Both the position numbers and the translations under genes were made by a program. A DNA stretch of 54,587 bases. Source: Patescibacteria group bacterium (GTDB lineage: Bacteria > Patescibacteriota > Minisyncoccia > UBA10092). Of this stretch, positions 9,827-19,641 are shown one piece after another. The first letter of the stretch is position 1, and each line of letters begins with the position of its first letter. The DNA is taken from positions 1 to 54,587 of the forward strand of contig JAHJZO010000029.1 of the NCBI GenBank assembly GCA_018826255.1. Reading direction: 5' to 3'. The notes below the pieces were generated by a model. It worked only from the letters and a program-made list of their open reading frames with translations, was not told the DNA's origin and did no database searches.

Positions 9827-10989
9827 GAATTCTATTTATTTTAGACGAGTTTTTGCCGGAAAATAACGGTGGCGCCGCCAATATTGCTTTCGGGCTGGCA
9901 AAGGGGATGATAAGGCTCGATCATGATTTATTGGTATTAACAGCAACTTATAATCCGGAAAAAGTTGGCGATATCGAAATTGAGGGCGTTAAAATAAAAA
10001 GAATTTTAGCATATTCTTTCGGACGTTTGCGAAACTTCAAAAATCTTAAAAATCGGGGGATTTTAAATGAATCAGAAAAGATTATAAGGGAGTATCATCC
10101 GGATGTGATTCATATCCACACTTTGCATCACAGATTTTCGTATGGCATTATCGGATTGGCGAAAAAACTTTCTAAAGCTGTTTTTCTCACCCTTCATGAC
10201 GCGCAAACAGTTTTTAATGGAAAATTGTTTCCTAAAAATGATTATAAAATCACTTGGTTTGATAATTTAAAAAAGGATAAACTTGGTTATAATCCTCTGC
10301 AGAAGTTTTTTATTAAAAAGGCGCTGAAAAATGCCGATAAACTTTTTGCAGTTAGCAATGCTTTAAAAAAAGCGCTTGAAGCTAATGGCGCCGGTGATAT
10401 AACGGTAATTCATAATGGAATTAACTTTAATGAGTGGCCAATTGATGAAATTCAGGGAAACAATATTCTTTTTATCGGCAGGGTAGATGAAGCAAAAGGG
10501 GCAAATGTTTTAATTAAAATTATGAGGGCTATTAATAGTAAGATACCAGGCGCCAATCTTATAATTGTTGGCGATGAAAATTTTAAAGCAGGGGATAATA
10601 AAAATATAAAAATACTTTCGTGGCAATACGATAGGATTGAAGTTAAAAAAATTTTTGCCAAAGCTAAAGTAGTCGTTGTCCCGTCGCTTTATTTAGACCC
10701 GTTTCCAACGGTTAATCTTGAGGCGATGGCGGCAGGCCGGCCCGTTGTAGGAACGTGTTTTGGCGGAACGCCGGAAGTTGTAGTTGATAACGAAACGGGC
10801 CATATTGTTAATCCGTACGACGAAAAAAAATTGATTGAAAAAATTGTTGACTTACTAGAAAATCATGACAAGGCAAAATTATTTGGCTCTAACGGCAGAA
10901 AAAGAATAGAAAAATTTTTCAGTTTGGAAAAGCAAATCCAAGAGACACTTACGATTTATAATAAATCGCTAATGAAAGAAAAGCAGTAA
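9823..10989 (+). CDS. GT4 (GT-B) glycosyltransferase
   Basis: DPFPTVNLEAMAAGRPVVGT motif. 388 aa. Confidence 0.8.
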   Translation: MRILFILDEFLPENNGGAANIAFGLAKGMIRLDHDLLVLTATYNPEKVGDIEIEGVKIKRILAYSFGRLRNFKNLKNRGILNESEKIIREYHPDVIHIHTLHHRFSYGIIGLAKKLSKAVFLTLHDAQTVFNGKLFPKNDYKITWFDNLKKDKLGYNPLQKFFIKKALKNADKLFAVSNALKKALEANGAGDITVIHNGINFNEWPIDEIQGNNILFIGRVDEAKGANVLIKIMRAINSKIPGANLIIVGDENFKAGDNKNIKILSWQYDRIEVKKIFAKAKVVVVPSLYLDPFPTVNLEAMAAGRPVVGTCFGGTPEVVVDNETGHIVNPYDEKKLIEKIVDLLENHDKAKLFGSNGRKRIEKFFSLEKQIQETLTIYNKSLMKEKQ

Positions 10990-12196
10990 AAGTTCTGGCG
11001 ATAACGCGAGCCAGAATTAAGCCGATGAGACCGTAAAGAGGAGTTAGAATTGTCATCACCGAGATCTGAAAAATAGGAGAGACAATATTAAACCAATACA
11101 ATTTTTTTATTTTTTTATGAGCCGTTAAAGCAGGAATTATAAAAGTTGCGGGCGTACTTAAAATTGAAATGACGAAAATCTGGGACAGGAAAACAGAATC
11201 CATGTAGCGGGGGAAAAATATACTGTAAAAAAGCGGCGCTAAAATTATATAAGCCACAACAATCACTAAAGTGAAAACCGTTAGAATAATAATTTTTCGT
11301 AGCATTGTTTTTTTCAATTCTTTTTCGCTTCTTTCTGAAAATTTCGGCAATGCTAAATCCGGAAGACCTTTGAGGAGGCCTTTAATTTGTTCCGGCGGAG
11401 CTATGGCGAATGTATAATTGGCAAGATTTGCAGGCCCCAAAAAATGAAAAGCTAAAAATCGGTCAAGATAAGAAGCGATAACTGAAACAATGTTAATAAT
11501 ACTTAAATGTTTCGCATAAGCCATAATTCCCTCATCTTCCCCACTATTAGCGGGTTTTATTTTCATTTTGGTTTTAATGAAAAAGAAAGCGTTGGGGATA
11601 AGATTAGCGAGCAGATATGCAATTACTAAATGAAGAATATTTTTAGTCAGGAAAATTACCGTTATTAAAACTGCGGCAATAAATATTTGACCGGCCACCG
11701 CGTAATAAGCTGAAGTTTTAAATTCCCTTTTACCTATAAGATAAGCATTGTAAATCTGGAAACTGTTGAGCAGGGGGATGAATACCGCTCCGATAAAAAA
11801 AGCCGTTGCCAACATTAAATTTCCGTTATAAAAATAGTAACCCCCGATAATCAAGGCGGCTAAAGTCCCTAAAATTCCGTATTTTAATTTTTTCTTTAAT
11901 CCCAAACTTAGTGAATTTTCAAATCCACGACTGACGGATTGGATAACAGCTGTGTCCATCCCCGGCAAGGCGAAAATCCCAAGAACCGAAATCCATGCCA
12001 AAATATAACTGTATGTTCCGTAAATTTCTTTTGGTAATAAACGCGCAAAGAAAAAAGCCAGAGCAAAATTGACCGCGATAGAAATAAAATTTCCGAAAGT
12101 CAAAAAAGACCCGCCTTTTAAAATATAAGATAGATTTATTTCGAGAAAATCAGAGATTTTATTGAGCAAATTCGCAACACATTTTCTTGGAAACAT
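10949..12196 (-). CDS. Wzx-like oligosaccharide flippase (MOP/Polysacc_synt family)
   Basis: 415 aa polytopic protein whose N-terminal region is typical of Wzx. Convergent 41-nt overlap with the GT4 gene. Confidence 0.65.
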   Translation of the reverse strand: MFPRKCVANLLNKISDFLEINLSYILKGGSFLTFGNFISIAVNFALAFFFARLLPKEIYGTYSYILAWISVLGIFALPGMDTAVIQSVSRGFENSLSLGLKKKLKYGILGTLAALIIGGYYFYNGNLMLATAFFIGAVFIPLLNSFQIYNAYLIGKREFKTSAYYAVAGQIFIAAVLITVIFLTKNILHLVIAYLLANLIPNAFFFIKTKMKIKPANSGEDEGIMAYAKHLSIINIVSVIASYLDRFLAFHFLGPANLANYTFAIAPPEQIKGLLKGLPDLALPKFSERSEKELKKTMLRKIIILTVFTLVIVVAYIILAPLFYSIFFPRYMDSVFLSQIFVISILSTPATFIIPALTAHKKIKKLYWFNIVSPIFQISVMTILTPLYGLIGLILARVIARTFTAFLSLAIYYKS

Positions 12197-12264
12197 AGTT
12201 TGTATTATGTCTTAAATGTAGCATGATGGCAAATATGGAAGAATAGAATAAAAATTCTTTTTAG

Positions 12265-12289
12265 AAAACCGCGTGGGATGCGCGGTTTT
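12265..12289 (-). terminator. hairpin terminator downstream of the 12309..13073 methyltransferase
   Basis: AAAACCGCG-TGGGATG-CGCGGTTTT. A T-run follows on the minus strand. Confidence 0.6.
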
Positions 12290-12308
12290 GTGTTTCAAAA
12301 GTTTATTA

Positions 12309-13073
12309 TTAAAGTTTTTTTACGACAAAGCGCAATCTTCTTGCGGTAAAAAAGGTATCTTGCGGAACGATGTCCAATCGCAACAGTTTAAAAGAATCGC
12401 GGAATTCTTTGGATTTAAAATATGACAAATCAATAAAATTAGAAGACGAAAAATCTTTCATATAATCCAGGTGGGAGAGTTCTTTAATATAATCTTTTGA
12501 CCTGTGAGGAAGCACTATCGGCCCAATCCATCTTATAGCTGTTCCGCCAATACCTAATTTAAAAGTGTTTCTAATAAGAAAAAAGAAAATTTTATTCCAA
12601 GTAATGCGCGGAATGGAATCAATCGCTATAATTGCACTGGGTTTTGCGATATGTTTCAATAACTTAAACTTAGCAGGTGTGTCTCCAGGCACTATGTGTA
12701 AAACACTGTAGGACATTATCAGGTCAAAGCGGTTTTTGAAATTCGGTTTGTCGAGATCCATCATACCATTCAAAAGAAACTCAACACCTTCTTTTTTAAA
12801 AGCAGGATTTTCCAAACAGCGATTAATTGATAAGTCAGAAATATCAGCTCCAACAATGTGGCATTGCCGGTATTTGAGAAGCTCGCGAATTAAACCGCCG
12901 GCACCGCACCCAAGATCAATGCATTCTTCAAATTTATCACGGTAAGGTAATATGTATGTTTTTACAAAATTTTCGTGTATTTCCTGAGGAAAATTACTAT
13001 AAGTATTAAATTTCATTTCGAGCATTTGTTTGATATGATTAAGTATATAAACAAGTGATAGTTTAATTAGCAT
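12309..13073 (-). CDS. class I SAM-dependent methyltransferase
   Basis: CIDLGCGAGGLIRELL motif I. Alternative internal starts at 13025 and 13016 are possible. Confidence 0.7.
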   Translation of the reverse strand: MLIKLSLVYILNHIKQMLEMKFNTYSNFPQEIHENFVKTYILPYRDKFEECIDLGCGAGGLIRELLKYRQCHIVGADISDLSINRCLENPAFKKEGVEFLLNGMMDLDKPNFKNRFDLIMSYSVLHIVPGDTPAKFKLLKHIAKPSAIIAIDSIPRITWNKIFFFLIRNTFKLGIGGTAIRWIGPIVLPHRSKDYIKELSHLDYMKDFSSSNFIDLSYFKSKEFRDSFKLLRLDIVPQDTFFTARRLRFVVKKL

Positions 13074-13136
13074 ACTCTTTAATTCTTGAACTTGGCAAGC
13101 GGATATAAAAAATAAGAATATTTCTTGTAAAACAAA

Positions 13137-15596
13137 ATGTTACAATATTTATATAAAATAATAAATCAAAAAATCATTTGGGGTTTAATGATATTTTGCT
13201 TATTTTTTATTGGGCTTGGCACAATCCTCTGGCCCGTTTTAAGCGGGCAGAAAATATTTAATGACTACTATGTGACGAACTATGCCGTTGGCCAGACCGG
13301 CTATAATTTTTATAAAGATTTCGGCGATAGCTTGAGGCAGGGGCATTTGCAACTTTGGCTATCAAGCTATATGGGGGGCTTCCCCGTATATCTAACGCAA
13401 GCGGGCTTTTTTAATCCCATCGGGATGATTCTTTTTAGGTTTTTTGACTATATTTTTGCCTACAATTGGCTGACTTTTTTAAATTTCCTGTTTGCGGGAC
13501 TGGCAATGTATTGGTTTATAAGAAATTTAAAATTATCAAAATTAGCCGCTATTTTAGGAGGATTTGCTTGGGCGCTTTCTTTTAATAATATCCAATATGG
13601 GTCCATGCTGATTTTTAGTAATCTTTATTTCTTTATTCCGTTGTTTTTTGGCGCAATTCTAAAATTGTCAAGAGGGAATAAAAAATATCTTATTTTGGGC
13701 AGTTTGATCTCTGCCTATGGTTTAATAGCAGGTTTTACAACCTTAGTTTTTTACACGTTTATCACAGGCTTAGCTTGGGCTTTGTTTTTAGATTGGCCAA
13801 AATTTCTTGGAAAGACACTTCGCAATTATATTTTTATTTCTTTGATCGGAATAATCTTAGCGAGTATTTGGCTTTTGCCGGTTTTGAATTATTTGCCGCT
13901 TACCTTGCGGGGAGACGCGATAAGTTCAATAAATTTTTATGATTACTTAAAAATTGGCGATATTTTAAGATTTTTTTATCCTTTTATTCAATTGCCGGGA
14001 TTTGGCGGTTTTTCACTTTTAAGCGGCGTAGCCAATCTTTATGTCGGCATTATCCCGTTTTTATTGGCAATTATAGCTTTTTTTCTGTGGAAAAGGAACA
14101 AAATGATTGCATTTTGGTTAGGGCTTTTCATTTTTGCGTTTTCAATGCGACTTTGGTTTTTTCCGGTGTTCCAATGGCTTCAGTATTTGCCTTTATTCAA
14201 TAAATTCAGAGCGCCTTTCCATTGGTACAGTTTGGCATTTTTTTCTTTATCAGTGCTTTCTGCCTATGGTTTGGATTATTTAAAAGATATTAAAGAAACA
14301 GGGTGGTTCAAGAAGTTTATAAAAATTTTAGAAATTTTCGCGGTTTTAAATATTGCAATTGTTCTGATAATTAATACGGCAATAAAATTTTTTCGTATAA
14401 ATATTTTAAATACCATTTTTGAATATTTTGATAAATATTTATATTCAATCGCCAAAAAAAATCCGATTGATTATTATCATCAAATTATAACGCAGGTTTT
14501 TGATAAAAGCGCTCAAACTTTTTCTTTCTCTAATTACCATTTTTTAATTTCTTTTGTGTTCGTTTTAATAGGCATTTCGATTTTTGTTTTGTATCGGCGG
14601 GATTATATAAGTTTTGAAAAATTTAGAATATTGGCGGTAGCGATTGCAATTCTAAATTTGGTCTTTATCTGGCAGGGATATTATAATTTTACTTCCAAAA
14701 ATTTAATAACCAATCCGCCGGATACAGTTCAATTCATTAAAAAGCAAAAAGAGTCAGATAATTTTAGAGTTTTCAGATTTTATCCGCCGGAAATGTATAA
14801 GCAATTTGGACTTTATGATTTAAAAAATCCTTTGGATTACGATATAAAAACTTTGGGATTACAAATTAATCCCTATTGGATTGATGGGCTCGGCGGAGGA
14901 GAGCCGTTTAGGTCACAGAGAATTTCCGAAGTTCTTGATGAAATCGGTTATGAAGTTTCATCTATGTATGGTCCAGTTTGGATTAAATTCAATGATATTT
15001 CTCTTAACGACAAAACCTCCCGCTTTTCCTCTCCTCAAAACCTAAACCTCATGTCCATGCTTAATATCAAATACGTCTTTTCTTCATTTAAATTACTCAA
15101 CCTGAAACTTATTTATGAAACCACAGCCACGGAAAAAAACATTCCGGTATATGTCTACGAAAATCCCAACGCTATGCCAAGAATATATTTTGCCAATAGT
15201 GTTAAATATATTGACTCTCAGAATGCGTTTGAGGAGCTATTGAAAGTTAAGGATTTTCATGAGATGACGTTGATTGAAGCGACGAAATCCGACCGAAGTC
15301 CGACATCTGGGGATCTCGATGTCGGACTTCAAGAAGTGTCGGATTTTGATATGATAGAATTTAAATCAGAATCAGTAAAAATCAAAACTTCCGGCGATGG
15401 TGGATGGTTAATATATAGTGATGCTAATTTGCCGACCTGGGAAGCGTATATAGACGGCCAAAAAACAGACATTTACACAGCCAACTATCTGTTCAAGTCC
15501 ATATTTGTTCCGGAAGGGGAACATGAAGTGATATTTAAATATCCGGGTTTGTGGGGGCAGTTTAAATATGCGTTCGAAAGTATTTTTGAAAAATAG
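13137..15596 (+). CDS. YfhO-family polytopic membrane glycosyltransferase, paralog 2 (A)
   Basis: 819 aa multi-TM protein. C-terminus WEAYIDGQKTDIYTANYLFKSIFVPEGEHEVIFKYPG. Paralog of 16457..18856. Confidence 0.7.
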   Translation: MLQYLYKIINQKIIWGLMIFCLFFIGLGTILWPVLSGQKIFNDYYVTNYAVGQTGYNFYKDFGDSLRQGHLQLWLSSYMGGFPVYLTQAGFFNPIGMILFRFFDYIFAYNWLTFLNFLFAGLAMYWFIRNLKLSKLAAILGGFAWALSFNNIQYGSMLIFSNLYFFIPLFFGAILKLSRGNKKYLILGSLISAYGLIAGFTTLVFYTFITGLAWALFLDWPKFLGKTLRNYIFISLIGIILASIWLLPVLNYLPLTLRGDAISSINFYDYLKIGDILRFFYPFIQLPGFGGFSLLSGVANLYVGIIPFLLAIIAFFLWKRNKMIAFWLGLFIFAFSMRLWFFPVFQWLQYLPLFNKFRAPFHWYSLAFFSLSVLSAYGLDYLKDIKETGWFKKFIKILEIFAVLNIAIVLIINTAIKFFRINILNTIFEYFDKYLYSIAKKNPIDYYHQIITQVFDKSAQTFSFSNYHFLISFVFVLIGISIFVLYRRDYISFEKFRILAVAIAILNLVFIWQGYYNFTSKNLITNPPDTVQFIKKQKESDNFRVFRFYPPEMYKQFGLYDLKNPLDYDIKTLGLQINPYWIDGLGGGEPFRSQRISEVLDEIGYEVSSMYGPVWIKFNDISLNDKTSRFSSPQNLNLMSMLNIKYVFSSFKLLNLKLIYETTATEKNIPVYVYENPNAMPRIYFANSVKYIDSQNAFEELLKVKDFHEMTLIEATKSDRSPTSGDLDVGLQEVSDFDMIEFKSESVKIKTSGDGGWLIYSDANLPTWEAYIDGQKTDIYTANYLFKSIFVPEGEHEVIFKYPGLWGQFKYAFESIFEK
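15285..15346. repeat. nested in-frame palindrome inside the variable cassette of YfhO paralog A
   Basis: Inner arms GAAGTCCGACAT (15295-15306) / ATGTCGGACTTC (15319-15330). Outer arms AAATCCGAC (15285-15293) / GTCGGATTT (15338-15346). Confidence 0.8.
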
Positions 15597-15602
15597 ATAT
15601 TT

Positions 15603-16454
15603 ATGAAAAAAACAGAATTTTGTCCTATTTGTCGCAAAAAAAATCCAAGCGAATTTGATCATAAAAATGAATTTACTATATGGAAATGTTCCGGTTGTGA
15701 TTTATTATGGACACCAGATGTAAGTGAGGATATTTTAAGAGAATTTTATTCAAAGTCATATTTTAAAAGTCAGCATCATATTTTCGGTTATAGTAACTAT
15801 ATCGAAGATGAAGAAACTCTTCGTATTAATGCTCGCTACATATTATCCGAATTTCCGGAATTCAAAAATCGTTTACCTAAAATGCTTGATATCGGATGTG
15901 CTTACGGTTTTTTATTAGATGAGGCCAGGAAGTTGGGTTGGGGAACAGAAGGTCTGGAATTTAGCACTGAGGCAACGAACTATGCAGTCAATAAATTAAA
16001 TTTAAATGTATCTACTGGCTCTATTATGCAAGCCAATTTTCCTGAAAATAGTTTTGACATTGTTACAATGATAGGTGTTATAGAGCATCTAGCCGATCCT
16101 ATAGCCGCCATTCGCAAGATAAATAAAATATTAAAACTCGGCGGTTACCTTGCCATTACCACTATTAACACCAAGGGATTCGTGAGGTTATTTGATTTAA
16201 AGCCGCCAGAACATACTTTTTATTTTTCTGCCAAAAATTTATCTTTATTATTAAAAACGGAAAATTTTAAAGTAATGAAATCTCTTCCTTATTGGTGCTT
16301 TTATAATTTAAATGAGGCCTTGGATAGAGCTTTTAGATTGATTTTTAAATCTAGTAAAAGAATCGAGGAATTTTTAGGAAAATTCCCTTTTTTGAAATAT
16401 CCAGTAAAAGTGCCAACCAATGAAATGTTTGTATTGGCCCGAAAGATAAAATAA
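15603..16454 (+). CDS. class I SAM methyltransferase with N-terminal Zn-ribbon
   Basis: CPICRKK...CSGCDLLW and MLDIGCAYGFLL. Sits between the two YfhO paralogs. Confidence 0.75.
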   Translation: MKKTEFCPICRKKNPSEFDHKNEFTIWKCSGCDLLWTPDVSEDILREFYSKSYFKSQHHIFGYSNYIEDEETLRINARYILSEFPEFKNRLPKMLDIGCAYGFLLDEARKLGWGTEGLEFSTEATNYAVNKLNLNVSTGSIMQANFPENSFDIVTMIGVIEHLADPIAAIRKINKILKLGGYLAITTINTKGFVRLFDLKPPEHTFYFSAKNLSLLLKTENFKVMKSLPYWCFYNLNEALDRAFRLIFKSSKRIEEFLGKFPFLKYPVKVPTNEMFVLARKIK

Positions 16455-16456
16455 AT

Positions 16457-18856
16457 ATGAAAGTTATTTTTTTATTTTTAATTTGCTTGCTTGTGATTTT
16501 TGGGCCAATTTTATTTGGCGATAAAGTTATTGATGATTTTTTCGGTCTTGATCTGGCTCAATATAAATTTTTAACAGATTTTGGCGATAATTTGAAACAA
16601 AATTTGACACAACTTTGGTGGCCGGATTATCTCGGGGGTTTTCCGATTTATTTAACTCAAACCGGCCTTTTTACTCCTTTAGTTTTTATTTTATATAAAT
16701 TCTTTAGTGGTTTCGCAGTTTACAATTGGCTAACCTTTCTTAATTTCCTGATCGGAGGGCTTGCAATGTATTGGTTTGGTAGAAATTTATCGCTTTCAAA
16801 GATTGCTTCAGTTATTGTTGGCTTAACCTACGTTTTATCCCAAAATAATTTATATTGGGGTCCAACTTTAGTTTTCAGCAATGTTTATCCATTTATCCCT
16901 CTGTTTTTTCTGGCATTATTGAAAATATCAAGAAATGAAAAATTATGGTTTATTTGGGGGGGCTTGATTTCTGCTTATGGATTAGCGGCTGCAGAAATAC
17001 AAATCGTTTTTTACGTATTTGTTATAGGATTTTTTTGGGCTTTATTTTTATTTTGGCAATCAAAAAATCTAAAACCGATTTGGGGATATTTTAGCATTGG
17101 CATTGCCGGAACAATTCTGGCAAGTTTTTGGCTTTTGCCGGTTTTTAATTATCTGAAGTTAACCACTCGGAGCGGAGCTCTAAGCTTTGCCGATTTGACC
17201 TATGACTTTATGAGAATCGCTGACCCTTTGCGATTTTTCTACCCCTATATCCAGTTGCCGCAATTTACCGGTTTAGCGAGTTTAGGCCTCGTTCCCAATT
17301 ACTATATCGGCGCATTTGTTTTCTTTTTGGCAACGGCGGCGCTCTTTCTGGTTGGGAAGAATAAACTTATTGCTTTTTGGGCCGGTGTTGCCACCTTCGC
17401 CTTGGTGGTTAGAATTAAATGGACGGGGATTTTTTGGTTGCTTCATTTTTTACCCGGCTTTGACCGTTTCCGAGGAGTTTTTCATTGGGCATATATAAGC
17501 TCGTTTGCTTTGGCGCTTCTTGCCGGTTTCGCCGTGGATAATATGGAGCAGATTAAGGAATCAAAATATTTTAAAAAATTTGTTAACGCGCTGAAAATTT
17601 TTGGATGGACAAATATTATTTTAGTTGCAGTCATATTTTTAACCAGTTTGTTTCGTGCCAGAATCTTAAATAAAATTTTCCAATTCTTTGATACAAAGAT
17701 TTATCAGACAACAAGGCAATTTCCCTTAGAACATTACCATAATGTCATTACTTCGGAATTTGATAAATTTTTAAACGCTTTTAGCTTAAGCAATTATCAT
17801 TTTCTTATTTCATTTTTGAGCATTTTAATCGCAGTATTAATTTTTATTTTGTATCAAAGAAATAAAATTACTTTTGATAATTTCAAAAAATCAGCGTTTG
17901 TATTCACGTTCTTAAATTTGGTTTTAATCTGGCAAGGTTATTACAGTTTTATCCCGCAGAATAAAATCACCAATTATCCCGATACGGTAACTTTCATAAA
18001 AAATTACTATCATGGTGAAGAAAAATACAGATTTTTCAGATTTTATCCGCCGGAATCCTATCAAGAATTCGGAGTTTTCAATGTTAAGGATTGGTCTGAC
18101 TATAAATTAAAAACCTTAGAATCAAATATAGGCGTTTATTTTGATATGGATACTTTTGGCGGACTGGAGCCATTTATGTCGGCCCGCATTGCCGATATTT
18201 TTGATGAAATAGGATTTGAGAGGCCTACGGCGATTTCAGGCGAACCTTGGCTTCGCTCTACGAAGTTGTCTTTAACCGACAAAACCTCCCGCTTTTCCTC
18301 TCCTCAAAACCTAAATCTCATGTCCATGCTCAACATCAAATACGTCTTTTCTTCATTTAAATTACTCAACCTAAAATTAGTCTACGAAACCACAGCCACC
18401 GAAAAAAACATTCCGGTATATGTTTACGAAAATCCCGATGCTATGCCAAGGATATATTTTGCCAAGGAGGTTAAATATATTGATTCAGAAAGCGCTTTTG
18501 GCGAGCTATTAAAAGTTAAGGATTTTCATGAGGTGACGTTGATTGAATGCGAAAGAAATTGTCCCAAAATATGGATTTCCGACTTCAAAAATTCCCCGAA
18601 GTCGGAAATCAATATTTTCGAATCGCAACTTATTAAAATCAAAACTTCCGGCGATGGCGGATGGTTAATATACAGTGATGCCAATCTGCCTACTTGGGAG
18701 GCGTATATAGACGGCCAAAAAACGGATATTTACACAGCTAACTATTTATTTAAGTCCGTGTTTGTTCCGGAAGGGGGACATGAAGTGATATTCAAGTATC
18801 CCGGGTTGTGGGAACAAGATAAAGCGGCGCTCAAGCGCTTAATTTTTCGTTACTAA
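16457..18856 (+). CDS. YfhO-family polytopic membrane glycosyltransferase, paralog 3 (B)
   Basis: 799 aa. Colinear with paralog A and near-identical in two C-terminal tracts. Confidence 0.7.
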   Translation: MKVIFLFLICLLVIFGPILFGDKVIDDFFGLDLAQYKFLTDFGDNLKQNLTQLWWPDYLGGFPIYLTQTGLFTPLVFILYKFFSGFAVYNWLTFLNFLIGGLAMYWFGRNLSLSKIASVIVGLTYVLSQNNLYWGPTLVFSNVYPFIPLFFLALLKISRNEKLWFIWGGLISAYGLAAAEIQIVFYVFVIGFFWALFLFWQSKNLKPIWGYFSIGIAGTILASFWLLPVFNYLKLTTRSGALSFADLTYDFMRIADPLRFFYPYIQLPQFTGLASLGLVPNYYIGAFVFFLATAALFLVGKNKLIAFWAGVATFALVVRIKWTGIFWLLHFLPGFDRFRGVFHWAYISSFALALLAGFAVDNMEQIKESKYFKKFVNALKIFGWTNIILVAVIFLTSLFRARILNKIFQFFDTKIYQTTRQFPLEHYHNVITSEFDKFLNAFSLSNYHFLISFLSILIAVLIFILYQRNKITFDNFKKSAFVFTFLNLVLIWQGYYSFIPQNKITNYPDTVTFIKNYYHGEEKYRFFRFYPPESYQEFGVFNVKDWSDYKLKTLESNIGVYFDMDTFGGLEPFMSARIADIFDEIGFERPTAISGEPWLRSTKLSLTDKTSRFSSPQNLNLMSMLNIKYVFSSFKLLNLKLVYETTATEKNIPVYVYENPDAMPRIYFAKEVKYIDSESAFGELLKVKDFHEVTLIECERNCPKIWISDFKNSPKSEINIFESQLIKIKTSGDGGWLIYSDANLPTWEAYIDGQKTDIYTANYLFKSVFVPEGGHEVIFKYPGLWEQDKAALKRLIFRY
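18574..18610. repeat. in-frame 13-bp-stem palindrome inside the variable cassette of YfhO paralog B
   Basis: GATTTCCGACTTC (18574-18586), 11-nt loop, GAAGTCGGAAATC (18598-18610). Shares the TCCGAC/GTCGGA core with the paralog A palindrome. Confidence 0.8.
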
Positions 18857-18866
18857 TTTTCAGATT

Positions 18867-19613
18867 TTATTTTTGAGCAATAAGACTAAACCAATTTTTG
18901 ATTTCCAATTTTTCCAAAAGTTGATACATAACACTATAAGTCACCAAAGGATAACGATGAATTTGAATTATTTTCGGCATTTCTTTTATGATCCATCCCA
19001 TATCCAATCTTTCATGATTAAGATAGTAATCGGCCAAAACCGCATCTGAAGTTTTTTTAAAAAGATGATCATAGACAGTAGGAATGACTTTTTTTGGCGA
19101 ATGAATAAGTTTATTAATAAACGCGTCTAAGAGCTCTAATAAAGAGCGTTTTTTTAACGGTTCATTAAAGATAAAAATGAGGCCGTCCTCTTTAAGCATT
19201 CCCAAGGCCATGCGGATTACCTTTTTGTATTCATAGATATGATGTAGAGAAGCGGCAAACATAATGAGATCGTATTTTTGAGTATTTTCTTCAAAAAACT
19301 TCTCTACCTCAATGCAAATCTTTATCAACTTTCCCTTGCCCGGATATTTGTATAAGTCCAGCATATCCGGAGAGAGGTCAAGGGCGTAAAGAGTGTATCC
19401 CAATTCTAAAAATGCCTTACTTAATAAACCAGTGCCGCAGCCAACGTCTAAAATTACGGGTTCTTTTTTGTTTTTTAAGATACTGTCAATAAGTTTAATA
19501 TCAGTCCAATACGAGTTCCAAATTTGATTACAAAATAGATGCTCGGCGTTATAAGAGCGAGAAATCTCCTTTGATAAATTTCGGTTGGCTTGAAGAATTT
19601 TATTTTGGCCCAT
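18867..19613 (-). CDS. class I SAM-dependent methyltransferase
   Basis: ILDVGCGTGLLSKAF motif I. Confidence 0.75.
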   Translation of the reverse strand: MGQNKILQANRNLSKEISRSYNAEHLFCNQIWNSYWTDIKLIDSILKNKKEPVILDVGCGTGLLSKAFLELGYTLYALDLSPDMLDLYKYPGKGKLIKICIEVEKFFEENTQKYDLIMFAASLHHIYEYKKVIRMALGMLKEDGLIFIFNEPLKKRSLLELLDAFINKLIHSPKKVIPTVYDHLFKKTSDAVLADYYLNHERLDMGWIIKEMPKIIQIHRYPLVTYSVMYQLLEKLEIKNWFSLIAQK

Positions 19614-19641
19614 TTTGTCAGTATTTAATATTTAAAAAATA

